64,000 nt of DNA from Kiritimatiellia bacterium (lineage in GTDB: Bacteria > Verrucomicrobiota > Kiritimatiellia > RFP12 > UBA1067), in the NCBI GenBank assembly GCA_017542055.1, contig JAFXXW010000030.1, positions 369 through 64,368 of the forward strand, in the 5' to 3' direction. A program made the position numbers and the translations under genes. Numbering within the stretch: position 1 is the first letter of the stretch; every line of letters starts with the position of its first letter. Positions 55,299-64,000 of this stretch are shown here, one piece after another. The notes under the pieces are model-generated. The model was not told the origin of the DNA and ran no database searches. It saw nothing but the letters and a program-made list of their open reading frames with translations.

Positions 55299-55321
55299 CC
55301 GGTAGTCCAAAACCGGCGGAC

Positions 55322-55411
55322 TTACTTGTTCTTGTGGCGCTGAGCCTTCATACGCTTGTCGTATTTGTGCTTCGACATTTTTTTGCGCCGTTTCTTCTTG
55401 ATGGAACCCAT
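55322..55411 (-). CDS. bS22-like small basic ribosomal protein (AURKAIP1/COX24-type)
   Basis: It is not in the ORF track (29 aa). Hand translation gives MGSIKKKRRKKMSKHKYDKRMKAQRHKNK* and it has an AAGGAG SD 6 nt upstream. The sequence matches the MGSxxKKRRxxMxKHK...R.K..RHK pattern of bS22 as I recall it from mycobacterial and Bacteroidia ribosomes. Confidence 0.65.
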   Translation of the reverse strand: MGSIKKKRRKKMSKHKYDKRMKAQRHKNK

Positions 55412-55460
55412 GGTTTTCTCCTTAGTTGTTTGCCAGGTTAGCTAGACCTGTTTTTCCTGA

Positions 55461-56330
55461 TCAGAAAATTATCTTGTTGAGCGGCAGCTCGATGATGCCG
55501 GTGGCCCCGGCCGAGGTGAGACGCGGAATGAGGTTGCGGACCTCGCGCTCCTCCACCACCGACTCGATGGCGTACCAGCCTTCGCCGTTGAGCTTGTTGA
55601 CGGTGGGCGCGTGCAGCGCGGGGAGGATTTCCGTCACCTTTTTGAGCGACTTCTCCGGCGCGTTGCACTTGAGGAGCACCCGGCGCTGCGCTTCCAACGC
55701 ACCCGTGAGGAGCATCTTGAGCTGCTCCAGCTTGGCGCGCTTCTGCTTGTCCTTCCAGCTCTTCTTGTTGGCGATGAAGCGCGTGGTGGAAGTGAGGATG
55801 GTGTCAACGATGCGCAGATTGTTGGCCCGGAGGGAGCTGCCAGTCTCGGTGAGGTCCACGATGGCGTCCACCAGTTCCGGCGCCTTGACTTCGGTGGCGC
55901 CCCAGCTGAATTCCACGTCGGCCTTGACGCCGTGCTGCTTCAAGTACCGCTTCACGAGACCCATCGCCTCGGTCGAAATGCGCTTGCCCTCCAGGTCCTT
56001 CACCGTCTTGATCTTGGAGTCGTTGGGCACCGCCAGCACCCAGCGGACCGGATTGGAGGTGGCCTTGGAATAGTTGAGCTCGCAGATTTCCTGCACGTCG
56101 GAACCGTTCTCGTAGACCCAGTCGAAACCGCAGATGCCCGCGTCCAAAAGTCCCAGCTCCACGTAGCGGCTCATTTCCTGCGGACGCAGGAGCCGACACT
56201 TGATTTCCTCGTCGTCGATGGTGGGAATGTACGAACGCGAAGAGCAGGAGACGTTGAACCCCGCACGCTTGAAGAGCGCGAAAGTGGACTCCTGCAACGA
56301 ACCTTTGGGCAGCCCCAATACGATAGCCAT
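55461..56330 (-). CDS. hisG: ATP phosphoribosyltransferase (long form with C-terminal regulatory domain)
   Basis: It starts at MAIVLGLPKGSLQE, residue 24 of the track ORF, behind an AAGGAAAG SD. It shows the HisG core and a C-terminal regulatory domain. Confidence 0.9.
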   Translation of the reverse strand: MAIVLGLPKGSLQESTFALFKRAGFNVSCSSRSYIPTIDDEEIKCRLLRPQEMSRYVELGLLDAGICGFDWVYENGSDVQEICELNYSKATSNPVRWVLAVPNDSKIKTVKDLEGKRISTEAMGLVKRYLKQHGVKADVEFSWGATEVKAPELVDAIVDLTETGSSLRANNLRIVDTILTSTTRFIANKKSWKDKQKRAKLEQLKMLLTGALEAQRRVLLKCNAPEKSLKKVTEILPALHAPTVNKLNGEGWYAIESVVEEREVRNLIPRLTSAGATGIIELPLNKIIF

Positions 56331-56370
56331 GCTGTTTGTCTTTCCTTCTTTTTCGACTTGTGAGCCGTAT

Positions 56371-56399
56371 ATTATATCATTTTTCGCGCTCGGATGCAA
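56371..56399 (-). promoter_or_regulatory. Promoter of hisG and the bS22-like gene (overlaps the last codons of the outer-membrane factor gene)
   Basis: TTGCAT-N17-TATAAT within GCGAAAAATGATATAATA. Confidence 0.65.
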
Positions 56400-57840
56400 G
56401 CCCCCCGCCCAAAGATTTGTAAAGTTGGATGAGCTCGAGCGTGATCTCGCCGCGACTTATCACCAGCTCTTCTTCGAGCGAAAGCGCGCTTCTTTGCGCG
56501 TCGATGACGTTGTTGAAGTCCCTGAGGCCGTTCTTGTAGAGGTCCTGCGAAATCGTCACCGCGTCCTGCGCGGCCTTCACGGCGTCAGCCAGCGCGCGGT
56601 AGCGATGATACTCCTGCGAGTAGGCGCTGTAGGCGTTGCGCACTTCTCCGTAGGCCTGCGCGATGGCCAGCTCGTAGGCCAGCGCCACCTGCTCGGTGCG
56701 GACTTCCTCGGCCTTGACGTTGGCGTAGATGGCGCCGGCCGAGAAGATGGACCAGGACGCGCTGGGACCGAAACTGGACATGAGCGCGCCGTGAGTCAAA
56801 AGCCGGCTCGGCGAGGTGGACTGGTAGCCGAGCGTACCGGTGATGAAGAGTTTGGGATACCAGGCCGCCTTGGCCACGCCGATCCTCGCGCACTGCGCCG
56901 CGAGTTTGCGTTCGGCCGACTTGACGTCAGGCCGCGCGCGGATCAGGTCGATCGGGAGGCCGTCCAGCTTCTGCGGGGCCAAGAGCCAGTCGCGCGACGT
57001 CTCGAGCGGCTTCAGATCGTCATGCAGCACGCCCGGCATTTCGCCCGCCAGAATCTCCAACGCGTTCTTGAGCGCCTCTTCCTGCGCCATGAGCTGGGGA
57101 ATGCGCGCGCGCGTCTGTTCCACCACGTAGGCGCACTGGTTGACCGCCAGTTCGTCGCCGATGCCAGAATCGAGCCGCGACTTGAGGATGTCGTACGTTT
57201 CCGACTGCAGCTTCAAGTTGGCCTCGGCCACCTGGATGCGCTCCTGGCAGGTGCGCAGGGTGACGTACTGCTCGCCGATTTGCGTGGTGAGCACGAGCCA
57301 GGCCTGGGAAAGATCCCACTCCGCGCTTTCCGCCAAAGCCAACGCCGCTTCGGTGGCGCGACGGCTCCCGCCGAAAATGTCGATTTCCCAGTCGAGCCCG
57401 AGACCCAGATCGGCCACCTTGGAATGGCGCTTCTTGAGTCCCGTGCCGGTCATCGACGTGTTGCGACGACGATTGTAGGCGTCGGTATAGCCGCCCGAAG
57501 CGCCTACCTTGGGCAGGAATTCCGAATACGTCCCCAGGAGCACCCAATTGGCCTCCTCGAGCCGCTTCTGGGCGGTGCGGTAGTCGAGATTGTGCGCGAC
57601 CGCGCTCTCAAGCAGACCCACCAGCACCGGATCGTCGAACTGCATCCACCACTGGTGCATCGAGTCGGACGAGATGACGACGCGCTCGTCCTGGGCCATT
57701 TCCGGGGGCTGGCCGGCGTCCGGGAGCGCCGCCGCCACGTCCGTGAATTCGGGCTCGCTGTAGTCCGGTCCCACGCTGGGCAGGTTGTTGCACCCGGCGA
57801 GCAAGGCCGCCAAGGCCACGAAAGGAAGCTGCTTATTCAT
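56377..57840 (-). CDS. Efflux transporter outer-membrane factor lipoprotein (NodT/TolC family)
   Basis: It starts at MNKQLPFVALAALLAGC, which includes a lipobox. It has two repeats of the OEP domain. Confidence 0.85.
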   Translation of the reverse strand: MNKQLPFVALAALLAGCNNLPSVGPDYSEPEFTDVAAALPDAGQPPEMAQDERVVISSDSMHQWWMQFDDPVLVGLLESAVAHNLDYRTAQKRLEEANWVLLGTYSEFLPKVGASGGYTDAYNRRRNTSMTGTGLKKRHSKVADLGLGLDWEIDIFGGSRRATEAALALAESAEWDLSQAWLVLTTQIGEQYVTLRTCQERIQVAEANLKLQSETYDILKSRLDSGIGDELAVNQCAYVVEQTRARIPQLMAQEEALKNALEILAGEMPGVLHDDLKPLETSRDWLLAPQKLDGLPIDLIRARPDVKSAERKLAAQCARIGVAKAAWYPKLFITGTLGYQSTSPSRLLTHGALMSSFGPSASWSIFSAGAIYANVKAEEVRTEQVALAYELAIAQAYGEVRNAYSAYSQEYHRYRALADAVKAAQDAVTISQDLYKNGLRDFNNVIDAQRSALSLEEELVISRGEITLELIQLYKSLGGGLASEREK

Positions 57841-60800
57841 GCTTGTTTCCTCCACTGAACAGGTTTTTGACAAATTCGCGCCAGGTCTGGAAGAGCGCGT
57901 AGAGACCCGGCACCAGCAAGATGCCGAACATCACCGACGCCGCCATGCCGAAGAACTCCGTAGTGCCCAGATGGTTGCGGCTGGCCGCGCCCGCACCGGT
58001 GGCGAGCATCATGGGCAGCGTCCCCAAAAGCGTGGTCAAGGCCGTCATCAGCAAGGCGCGCAGACGTTCGCCCGCCGCGAGACCGGCCGCATCCGGGATT
58101 GCCATGCCGTCCACCTCGCGCTTGTCTTTGGCGAACTCCACGATCAAGATGGCGTTCTTGGACGCGAGACCGATCAAGAGCACCAGCCCCAACTGCGCAT
58201 AGATGGAGAGCGAGAACCCGTAGAGCTTAAGGCCGAACAAGGCGCCGCTCACCGCCACGAAGATGGAGAGCATCACCGGCAAGGGAATGGTCCAGCTTTC
58301 GTACTGCGCCACCAAAAAGAGGTAGCCGAAGAGAATCGCCAGCGCGATCAGCGGCGCGGCCGTACCGGAGTTGCGCTCTTCCTGGAAGGTAAGTCCGCTC
58401 CACTCGAAACCGTAGTCCTCGGGGAGTATCTCCTTCAAAATCCGCTTGATGTCGGCCATCACCTGGCCCGACGAAACGCCCGGCTTGGGCATCACGGTGA
58501 TGCCGGCGGCGAGGAACATCTGGTAGCGACTCACCGCGCGCGGACCGATTTCGCGATGGATGGAACCGAGCGATCCCATCGGAATCATGTTGCCGTCGGA
58601 GCTGCGCACGTAGAGCCGCTCGATAGCCTCGGGGGTGGAGCGCCCTTCCCAGTCGGACTGGACGGTCACACGGTTGACCTGGGTGCCCAGGTTGACGTCG
58701 TTAACGTAGCGCGAGCCGAGATAGTTCTGGAGCGTGGTGTAGACGGTCGAAACCGGCACCCGGAACATTTCCGCCTTGGTGCGGTCCAGATTGAAGCGCA
58801 AATGGGGAGTCTGGGCGGTGTAGCCCGAGAACGCCACCATCACCGACGGCAACTGGTTGAGCTTCATGAGCACCTGGTTCTTGATGGTGTCGAGCCGCAT
58901 CGCGTCCGTGTCGCCCCGGCTCTGGAGTCGGAGATCCACGCCGCTGTTGGCGCCGAGACCCGGAATAGCCGGCGGCACGAACACCTTGACCGAAGGCTCG
59001 GGCACCTGCGAGAGCACTTGGGTGATGCGCGGAATCATGTTGACAGCATGCTGGTCGGGCCGCTTGCGCTCGCCCCACTCCTTGAGCATGACGATGAGCA
59101 TGCACTGGTTTTCGCCGCGTCCGCCCACCAGCGACATGCCGGTGATGGACAGCACGCTCTCCACTTCCGGCACGTCCCGGAAAAGCACTTCGGTGGCACG
59201 CGAGGCCACGTCCACCGTGCGTTGGCGGGTGGAGCCCTCGGGCATTTCGAGCGAGGCGAACACCACCTTCTGGTCCTCCTCCGGCAAGAAGCTGGCGGTG
59301 GTGCTCCGGAACATGCTGACCGTGAGCAGAATGGTGAACAAAAGCAGCATCAGCGCCAGAAAAATGCGGTTGGCTAGCCACTTGGCGAGCGCCACGAAAA
59401 AGCCTTTGAAGCGATCGAGCGCCCAGTTGAACCAGGCGAACGGTCCGTGCTTGTAGGGGCGCGACTCGTGCAGGAGGAGCGAGCACAGGGCCGGCGCCAA
59501 AGTGAGCGCGCAAACGGTGGAGAAGCACACGGCCGCCGAGAGCGTCACCGAGAACTGCTGGTAGATGCGCCCGGTGATGCCGGTCAAAAAGCCCACCGGC
59601 ACGAAGATTCCGAGCAGCACCAGCGTGGTGGCGATAACGGCGCTGGTCACGTCGCTCATCGCCTGGATGGACGCCTCTTTGGCGTTGAGTTTGCGCGTTT
59701 CGATGAGATACTGCACGCGCTCCACCACCACGATACAGTCGTCCACCACCACGCCGATGGCGAGGACGAGGCCGAAGAGCGTCAGGATGTTGATGGAGTA
59801 GCCCAAGGCCGCCATCAGGATGAAGGTGGAGGTGAGCGACACGGGAATCGTGAGGCAGGGAATCAAGGTGGCGCGCCAGTCCTGCAGGAAGAGATAGCAC
59901 ACGAACACCACCAAAGCGAACGTGATGATCAAGGTGATGACGATTTCCTTGATGCACATGCGCACGTATTCGGTGGCGTCGTAGGCGAGCACCACTTCCA
60001 TGTCGTCCGGGAAGTTTTCGGCCAGCTTTTTGAGCTCCTTCTGCACCGCGTCCATGGCGGCGATGGCGTTGGCGCCCGGCTTCTGCTGCAGCGCGATCGA
60101 CACCGCGTTGGCGCCGTTGTAGAGACCGGCGAAGGAGTAGCTCTGCTCGCCGATTTCGGTGCGCGCCACGTCTTTGAGCTTGACGATGCCCCCTTGCGCG
60201 TCGCGCCGGATGACGATTTCGTCGAATTCGGCCGGAGTCATCAGTCGGCCCTTGGAGACGAGCGAGTAGCTGAAAGCGGCATGTTCCCCGGTGGGCGAGG
60301 ACCCTACCGTGCCGAGCGACGCCTGGATGTTCTGCTTGCTGATGGCGGAAATGACCTCTTCCGAGTTCATCCCCTGCGCGGCCATCCGGGCGGGATCGAG
60401 CCAAATGCGCATCGACAGCTTGGGTCCGTAGACCGTGCACTCGCCCACGCCCGCCACGCGCAGCAGCACCGGCTGGATGTTGGCGTAGCAGTAGTCGCTG
60501 AGCTGCATGCGCGAGAAGGTTCCGTTGGGGCTCCTCAGCGCGAAGAACCCGAGGAAGTCGGTGGACTGGGCGCGCACGCGTCCGCCCAGCTGCTTGACCT
60601 CAGACGGCAACTTGGCCTCGGCCTGGGTGAGGCGGTTCTGCACCTTCACGAGGTCCATATCGCGATCCGATCCCACCTCGAACGACACGGTGAGCGAGTA
60701 CTGTCCGTCATCCGAACAGCTGCTCGTCATGTAGATCATGTCGTCCACGCCGTTGATTTCGTCCTCGACCGGAGTGGCTACGGTGCTCAGGACTTCCGAA

Positions 60801-61003
60801 GCGTTGGCGCCCGGATAGGAATAGTTGACCTGGATTTCCGGCGGGGTGAGCTGCGGATACTGCGCGATCGGCAGCTTGGTGATGCTGAGACCGCCCGCCA
60901 AAGTGAGCACGATGGCGATGACCATCGCGAAACGCGGACGCTCGATGAAGACGCGCGAAAACGTCTTGATCTGGTCGATGCTGGCGCGAATCGGGAGCTT
61001 CAC
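57833..61003 (-). CDS. RND multidrug efflux permease (AcrB/HAE1 family)
   Basis: 1056 aa with 12 TM segments and two large periplasmic loops. The GTG start overlaps the adaptor stop (GTGA). Confidence 0.95.
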   Translation of the reverse strand: MKLPIRASIDQIKTFSRVFIERPRFAMVIAIVLTLAGGLSITKLPIAQYPQLTPPEIQVNYSYPGANASEVLSTVATPVEDEINGVDDMIYMTSSCSDDGQYSLTVSFEVGSDRDMDLVKVQNRLTQAEAKLPSEVKQLGGRVRAQSTDFLGFFALRSPNGTFSRMQLSDYCYANIQPVLLRVAGVGECTVYGPKLSMRIWLDPARMAAQGMNSEEVISAISKQNIQASLGTVGSSPTGEHAAFSYSLVSKGRLMTPAEFDEIVIRRDAQGGIVKLKDVARTEIGEQSYSFAGLYNGANAVSIALQQKPGANAIAAMDAVQKELKKLAENFPDDMEVVLAYDATEYVRMCIKEIVITLIITFALVVFVCYLFLQDWRATLIPCLTIPVSLTSTFILMAALGYSINILTLFGLVLAIGVVVDDCIVVVERVQYLIETRKLNAKEASIQAMSDVTSAVIATTLVLLGIFVPVGFLTGITGRIYQQFSVTLSAAVCFSTVCALTLAPALCSLLLHESRPYKHGPFAWFNWALDRFKGFFVALAKWLANRIFLALMLLLFTILLTVSMFRSTTASFLPEEDQKVVFASLEMPEGSTRQRTVDVASRATEVLFRDVPEVESVLSITGMSLVGGRGENQCMLIVMLKEWGERKRPDQHAVNMIPRITQVLSQVPEPSVKVFVPPAIPGLGANSGVDLRLQSRGDTDAMRLDTIKNQVLMKLNQLPSVMVAFSGYTAQTPHLRFNLDRTKAEMFRVPVSTVYTTLQNYLGSRYVNDVNLGTQVNRVTVQSDWEGRSTPEAIERLYVRSSDGNMIPMGSLGSIHREIGPRAVSRYQMFLAAGITVMPKPGVSSGQVMADIKRILKEILPEDYGFEWSGLTFQEERNSGTAAPLIALAILFGYLFLVAQYESWTIPLPVMLSIFVAVSGALFGLKLYGFSLSIYAQLGLVLLIGLASKNAILIVEFAKDKREVDGMAIPDAAGLAAGERLRALLMTALTTLLGTLPMMLATGAGAASRNHLGTTEFFGMAASVMFGILLVPGLYALFQTWREFVKNLFSGGNKHE

Positions 61004-62184
61004 AGCTTGAATCCTTCGTAATCTTCGGCGTTTTCTTCGGTCTTGGTGGGCTCCACCTCCACCACCTTGGCGCCGTCGGTCAGCTTGCGGGTGCCGGCCG
61101 TGACGTACTTCTGGCCGACTTCCAAACCCTTCACCACCGGCGTGAAGCCGTCATGCGTGGGGAGCGTCTCCACCGGAGTGGCGTGGGCACGACCTTCCGC
61201 GTCCACCACGTACACGCCGGTTCCCCCGGTAGGCAGATCGAACACGGCCGACTGCTGCACCGTAGGATACACCGGAGGATTGGCGCGATCGTACAAGAGC
61301 GTCACGAAGCTGTTGGGGATGAGGATGCGGTCGGGGTTGGGGAACTTGAGCCGCAGCATGATGGAGGCCGTCTCCCGGCTCATTTCGTTGTCGTCGAAAT
61401 CGAACGCGCCCTGATACTCGTATTCGGAACCGTCGGCCAGCACGAGGCGCATGCGCTGCTCGTACGTTTCGCCCCGCTTTTGGAGCTGGCGCCACTGCAC
61501 GTAGAGCCGGTCCGGCAACGGGAAGCTGACGCGAATCGGGTCCACCTGGACGATGCGCGCCAACGCCCCCCGGCTGGGCGCCACGTAGTCGCCCACGTGG
61601 ACGTTGGACTTGCCGATCTGGCCGGAGATGGGCGCGCAGACCCGGGTCTTCTTGAGATCGTACTCCGCCACGATCAGATTGGCCTCCGCCAGCAGCACCT
61701 GGGCCTTGGCCGTTTCGGCCTGGGCTTCGGCGTTGTCCAGCTCCAGCTGCGACCGGCCGCGTTCGTCGGCGTTGGCGAGGCGCTGATACTGCCGGTCGGC
61801 GCGACGCTGTTCGGCCTTGGCCGCCTCCAAGTCTGCCAGGCGCTGGTTCTTGACCGCCTGGTAGCGCTCGTCGTCCAGCACGTACAGCACGTCTCCCGTC
61901 CGGACGATATCGCCTTCCTTGAAGCTGATTTCCTTGATGTAGCCGTCCACCTGCGGCAGGAGCGACACTTCCTGCATAGCTTCGGCATGGGCCACATAAC
62001 GTTCGGGCAGGTTGTAGGGCATGGCCTTAACTTCATCCACGCCGATCGTCACCGACTGCTGAGGCATGGCCATTTGCGGCGCTGCCTTGTCGTGCGGACA
62101 CAACGTGCAGAGGATCCATCCGGCAGCGGCGCACACGAGCGCCATCACCGCCGGACCCAACACTTTCTTGAAGAAACCGACCAT
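61000..62184 (-). CDS. RND efflux periplasmic adaptor (membrane fusion protein)
   Basis: 394 aa with an N-terminal TM segment, a lipoyl/coiled-coil hairpin and beta-barrel domains of AcrA/HlyD type. Confidence 0.85.
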   Translation of the reverse strand: MVGFFKKVLGPAVMALVCAAAGWILCTLCPHDKAAPQMAMPQQSVTIGVDEVKAMPYNLPERYVAHAEAMQEVSLLPQVDGYIKEISFKEGDIVRTGDVLYVLDDERYQAVKNQRLADLEAAKAEQRRADRQYQRLANADERGRSQLELDNAEAQAETAKAQVLLAEANLIVAEYDLKKTRVCAPISGQIGKSNVHVGDYVAPSRGALARIVQVDPIRVSFPLPDRLYVQWRQLQKRGETYEQRMRLVLADGSEYEYQGAFDFDDNEMSRETASIMLRLKFPNPDRILIPNSFVTLLYDRANPPVYPTVQQSAVFDLPTGGTGVYVVDAEGRAHATPVETLPTHDGFTPVVKGLEVGQKYVTAGTRKLTDGAKVVEVEPTKTEENAEDYEGFKL

Positions 62185-62206
62185 ACCTTTGCCTCCTTGA
62201 ATTCGA

Positions 62207-62971
62207 TTAACCGATCATGCCGCCATTGACGGAGATGATCTGACCCGTCACGTAGGCGGAATCGTCCCCGGCCAGCCACAACACGCACTTGGCGATGTCC
62301 TGGACCGTGCCAAAACGCTTAAGCGGAATGGAATCCATGTACGCCTGGCGGACGTCTTCGGGAAGGACGTCGGTCATCTTGGACTGGATGAAGCCGGGCG
62401 CCACCGCGTTGCAGCGGATGTTCCGGGAGCCGAGCTCCTTGGCCGTCGTCTTGGTGAGCGCGATGACTCCGCCCTTGGACGCCGTGTAGTTGGCCTGGCC
62501 CGCGTTGCCCATGATGCCCACCACGCTCGCGAGGTTGATGATGCTGCCGCCCTGCTGCGTGCCGTCCGCGGCCTTGTTCTTCATCATCGGCCGGGCCACC
62601 GCGCGGGTGAAGAGGAAGGTGCCCTTGAGGTTGACGTTCAGCACCGCGTCCCAATCCTCGTCGCTCATGCGCATCAGCAGTCCGTCCTTGGTGATGCCGG
62701 CGTTGTTGACCATGATGTCGATCCGGCCGAGTTTGGCGATGACTTCCTTGACGCAAGCGTCCACTTCGCTCGAAACGGCCACGTTGACGCCGAGACCCAG
62801 TCCCTTGACTCCGCACGCTTCGATGGCCTTGACCGTCTCCTCGCACCATTCGGCCTTGAGGTCGCACACCGCCACGTCCGCGCCGGCAGCCGCCAACGTC
62901 TTGGCGATTTCCGCGCCTATTCCGCGCGCCGCACCGGTAACCAAAGCCACTTTGCCTTTGAGATTTGCCAT
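62207..62971 (-). CDS. fabG: 3-oxoacyl-ACP reductase
   Basis: 254 aa SDR with TGAARGIG, NNAGI and YTASKGG. Confidence 0.9.
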   Translation of the reverse strand: MANLKGKVALVTGAARGIGAEIAKTLAAAGADVAVCDLKAEWCEETVKAIEACGVKGLGLGVNVAVSSEVDACVKEVIAKLGRIDIMVNNAGITKDGLLMRMSDEDWDAVLNVNLKGTFLFTRAVARPMMKNKAADGTQQGGSIINLASVVGIMGNAGQANYTASKGGVIALTKTTAKELGSRNIRCNAVAPGFIQSKMTDVLPEDVRQAYMDSIPLKRFGTVQDIAKCVLWLAGDDSAYVTGQIISVNGGMIG

Positions 62972-62998
62972 GTTTTTGCTCCTTTGTTTGAAATTACG

Positions 62999-63904
62999 TT
63001 ATTCCGCGAAGGCTGTGAGGTCGCTTACGTTGCTCACATTCAAGGCGGGGTCTATTTTCTTGATGAGACCCGACAGCACCTTGCCGGGACCGAACTCCAC
63101 GAAAGTATCGCAGCCCATCGCCTTGGCCGTTTCCACGTCCTTGGCCCAATTGGTGGTGCCCGTGACCTGCTCGAGCATCATCGCCTTGATGGCCGCCGGA
63201 TCGGAACTGTGGGGCTCGCCCGTCACGTTGGACAGCACCGGGAACTTGGGCGCCTTGAATTCGATGGTCTCCAGCACCTGGGCCAGCTTTTCCCGGGCCG
63301 GCGCCATGAAGCGCGAGTGGAACGCGCCCGCAGTGGCCAAAGGAATGGCCCGCTTGATGCCCAGCTCCTTGGCGACGTTGGCCGCATCGGCGATGGCCGC
63401 CTTGTCGCCGCTCAACACTTGCTGCGCGGCCGAATTGATGTTGGCCACCGTGCAACCGGTCCGGTCGCACAACGCCTTGAGCTGGTCCGCGCTAGCCCCC
63501 ACGATGGCGATCATGCCCGAAGGCGTGGCCTCGCAAGCTTCCTGCATGAAGCGACCGCGCGCCTCCAGCACCTTGAGGGTGGATTCGAAGTCCAGCACGC
63601 CCGCCGCACACAGCGCGCCCCATTCGCCCAGCGACAGGCCAGCCGCGCACGCAAACTCGACGGGGCGACGCTTCTGCAGCGTGAGATACGCCGCGTAGCT
63701 GGTGACGAAAATGGCCGGTTGGCAGACGTTGGACTTGGTCAGCTCCTCCGCCGGGCCTTCGAACGTCACCTTTTTCAGGTCGAAACCCAATATTTCGTTG
63801 GCCTTGTCGAACAAAGCCATCACTTCGGGATCCGCCTCGGCGAAATCCCGTCCCATGCCGGGAACCTGCGCTCCCTGTCCCGCGAACACGCAACAATTGC
63901 TCAT
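62999..63904 (-). CDS. fabD: Malonyl-CoA:ACP transacylase
   Basis: 301 aa with FAGQGAQ, the active site GLSLGEW and AFHS. Confidence 0.9.
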   Translation of the reverse strand: MSNCCVFAGQGAQVPGMGRDFAEADPEVMALFDKANEILGFDLKKVTFEGPAEELTKSNVCQPAIFVTSYAAYLTLQKRRPVEFACAAGLSLGEWGALCAAGVLDFESTLKVLEARGRFMQEACEATPSGMIAIVGASADQLKALCDRTGCTVANINSAAQQVLSGDKAAIADAANVAKELGIKRAIPLATAGAFHSRFMAPAREKLAQVLETIEFKAPKFPVLSNVTGEPHSSDPAAIKAMMLEQVTGTTNWAKDVETAKAMGCDTFVEFGPGKVLSGLIKKIDPALNVSNVSDLTAFAE

Positions 63905-63945
63905 GCGATTTCTCCCAATCTGGACATTAATTTTTAGATTGGGAT

Positions 63946-63975
63946 ATTATATCATATTTCCCCTCCAAAAGTCAA
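63946..63975 (-). promoter_or_regulatory. Promoter of the fabD-fabG-RND operon
   Basis: TTGACT-N18-TATAAT within GGGGAAATATGATATAATA. Confidence 0.7.
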
Positions 63976-64000
63976 GCAAAATCTCCATTTTCGCCAAGGT

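Noticed and set aside
49784-55321. An intact prophage or integrative element at ssrA.
   Set aside because: There are no integrase, excisionase, phage or transposase ORFs and no clean duplication of the ssrA 3' end. Only compositional and positional hints remain, and these are reported as a low-confidence island.

Overview
This is a 64-kb high-GC bacterial chromosomal segment. I accept about 58 protein-coding genes and two tRNAs (Leu-UAA, Gln-UUG), all on the minus strand. The only plus-strand gene is tmRNA (ssrA, about 49430..49783). Most content is housekeeping:
- Envelope biogenesis: BamD-like, LptE-like, DjlA, an MCE/Mla-type ABC system, LpxL-like, CdsA, UppS and CapD.
- Metabolism: dapA, fucI/fucP, ilvA, guaB, purA, hisG, ispE, fabD/fabG, nadK and ribF.
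- The nusA-infB-rbfA-truB translation cluster, a UvrD-like helicase, dinB and an RND efflux pump.

Genes are chained into long mixed-function operons. About 17 junctions have 1-nt or 4-nt start/stop overlaps. Each operon is headed by one copy of a very uniform extended -10 promoter (TTGnnn-N17/18-aTATGaTATAATA, 15 copies found by eye). Five of these promoters sit 6-12 nt from the ATG, which implies leaderless mRNAs.

The most interesting non-standard content is:
1. An autonomous operon of a secreted Cys/Pro/Met-rich protein, a sensor kinase and an OmpR-type regulator. Phased ACAATC repeats replace its -35 box.
2. A visibly more AT-rich block just downstream of ssrA (about 49.8-55.3 kb). It carries an ECF sigma/Ser-Thr kinase pair, a 621-aa HEAT-like lipoprotein behind a roughly 218-nt highly structured leader, a small secreted protein and an orphan 51-aa ORF with a consensus promoter.
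3. A 99-bp GC-rich repeat present twice (96/99 identical by hand alignment). Each copy is followed by a GCGCTTA(TA)nTAAGCGC palindrome and an AT-rich tract packed with short palindromes.
4. Three 13-bp GGAAAnnnTTTCC palindromes phased at 21 bp.
5. A TrpB2-like/ThiH pair transcribed behind tRNA-Gln from a promoter buried in ispE.
6. A frameshift-split phosphomannomutase.
7. An untracked 29-aa bS22-like ribosomal protein ORF.

Gene content loosely suggests a PVC-group or related Gram-negative bacterium, but that is inference only. All calls come from reading the sequence and the ORF track. No database search was run, and hand-derived coordinates of non-ORF features may be off by 1-2 nt.
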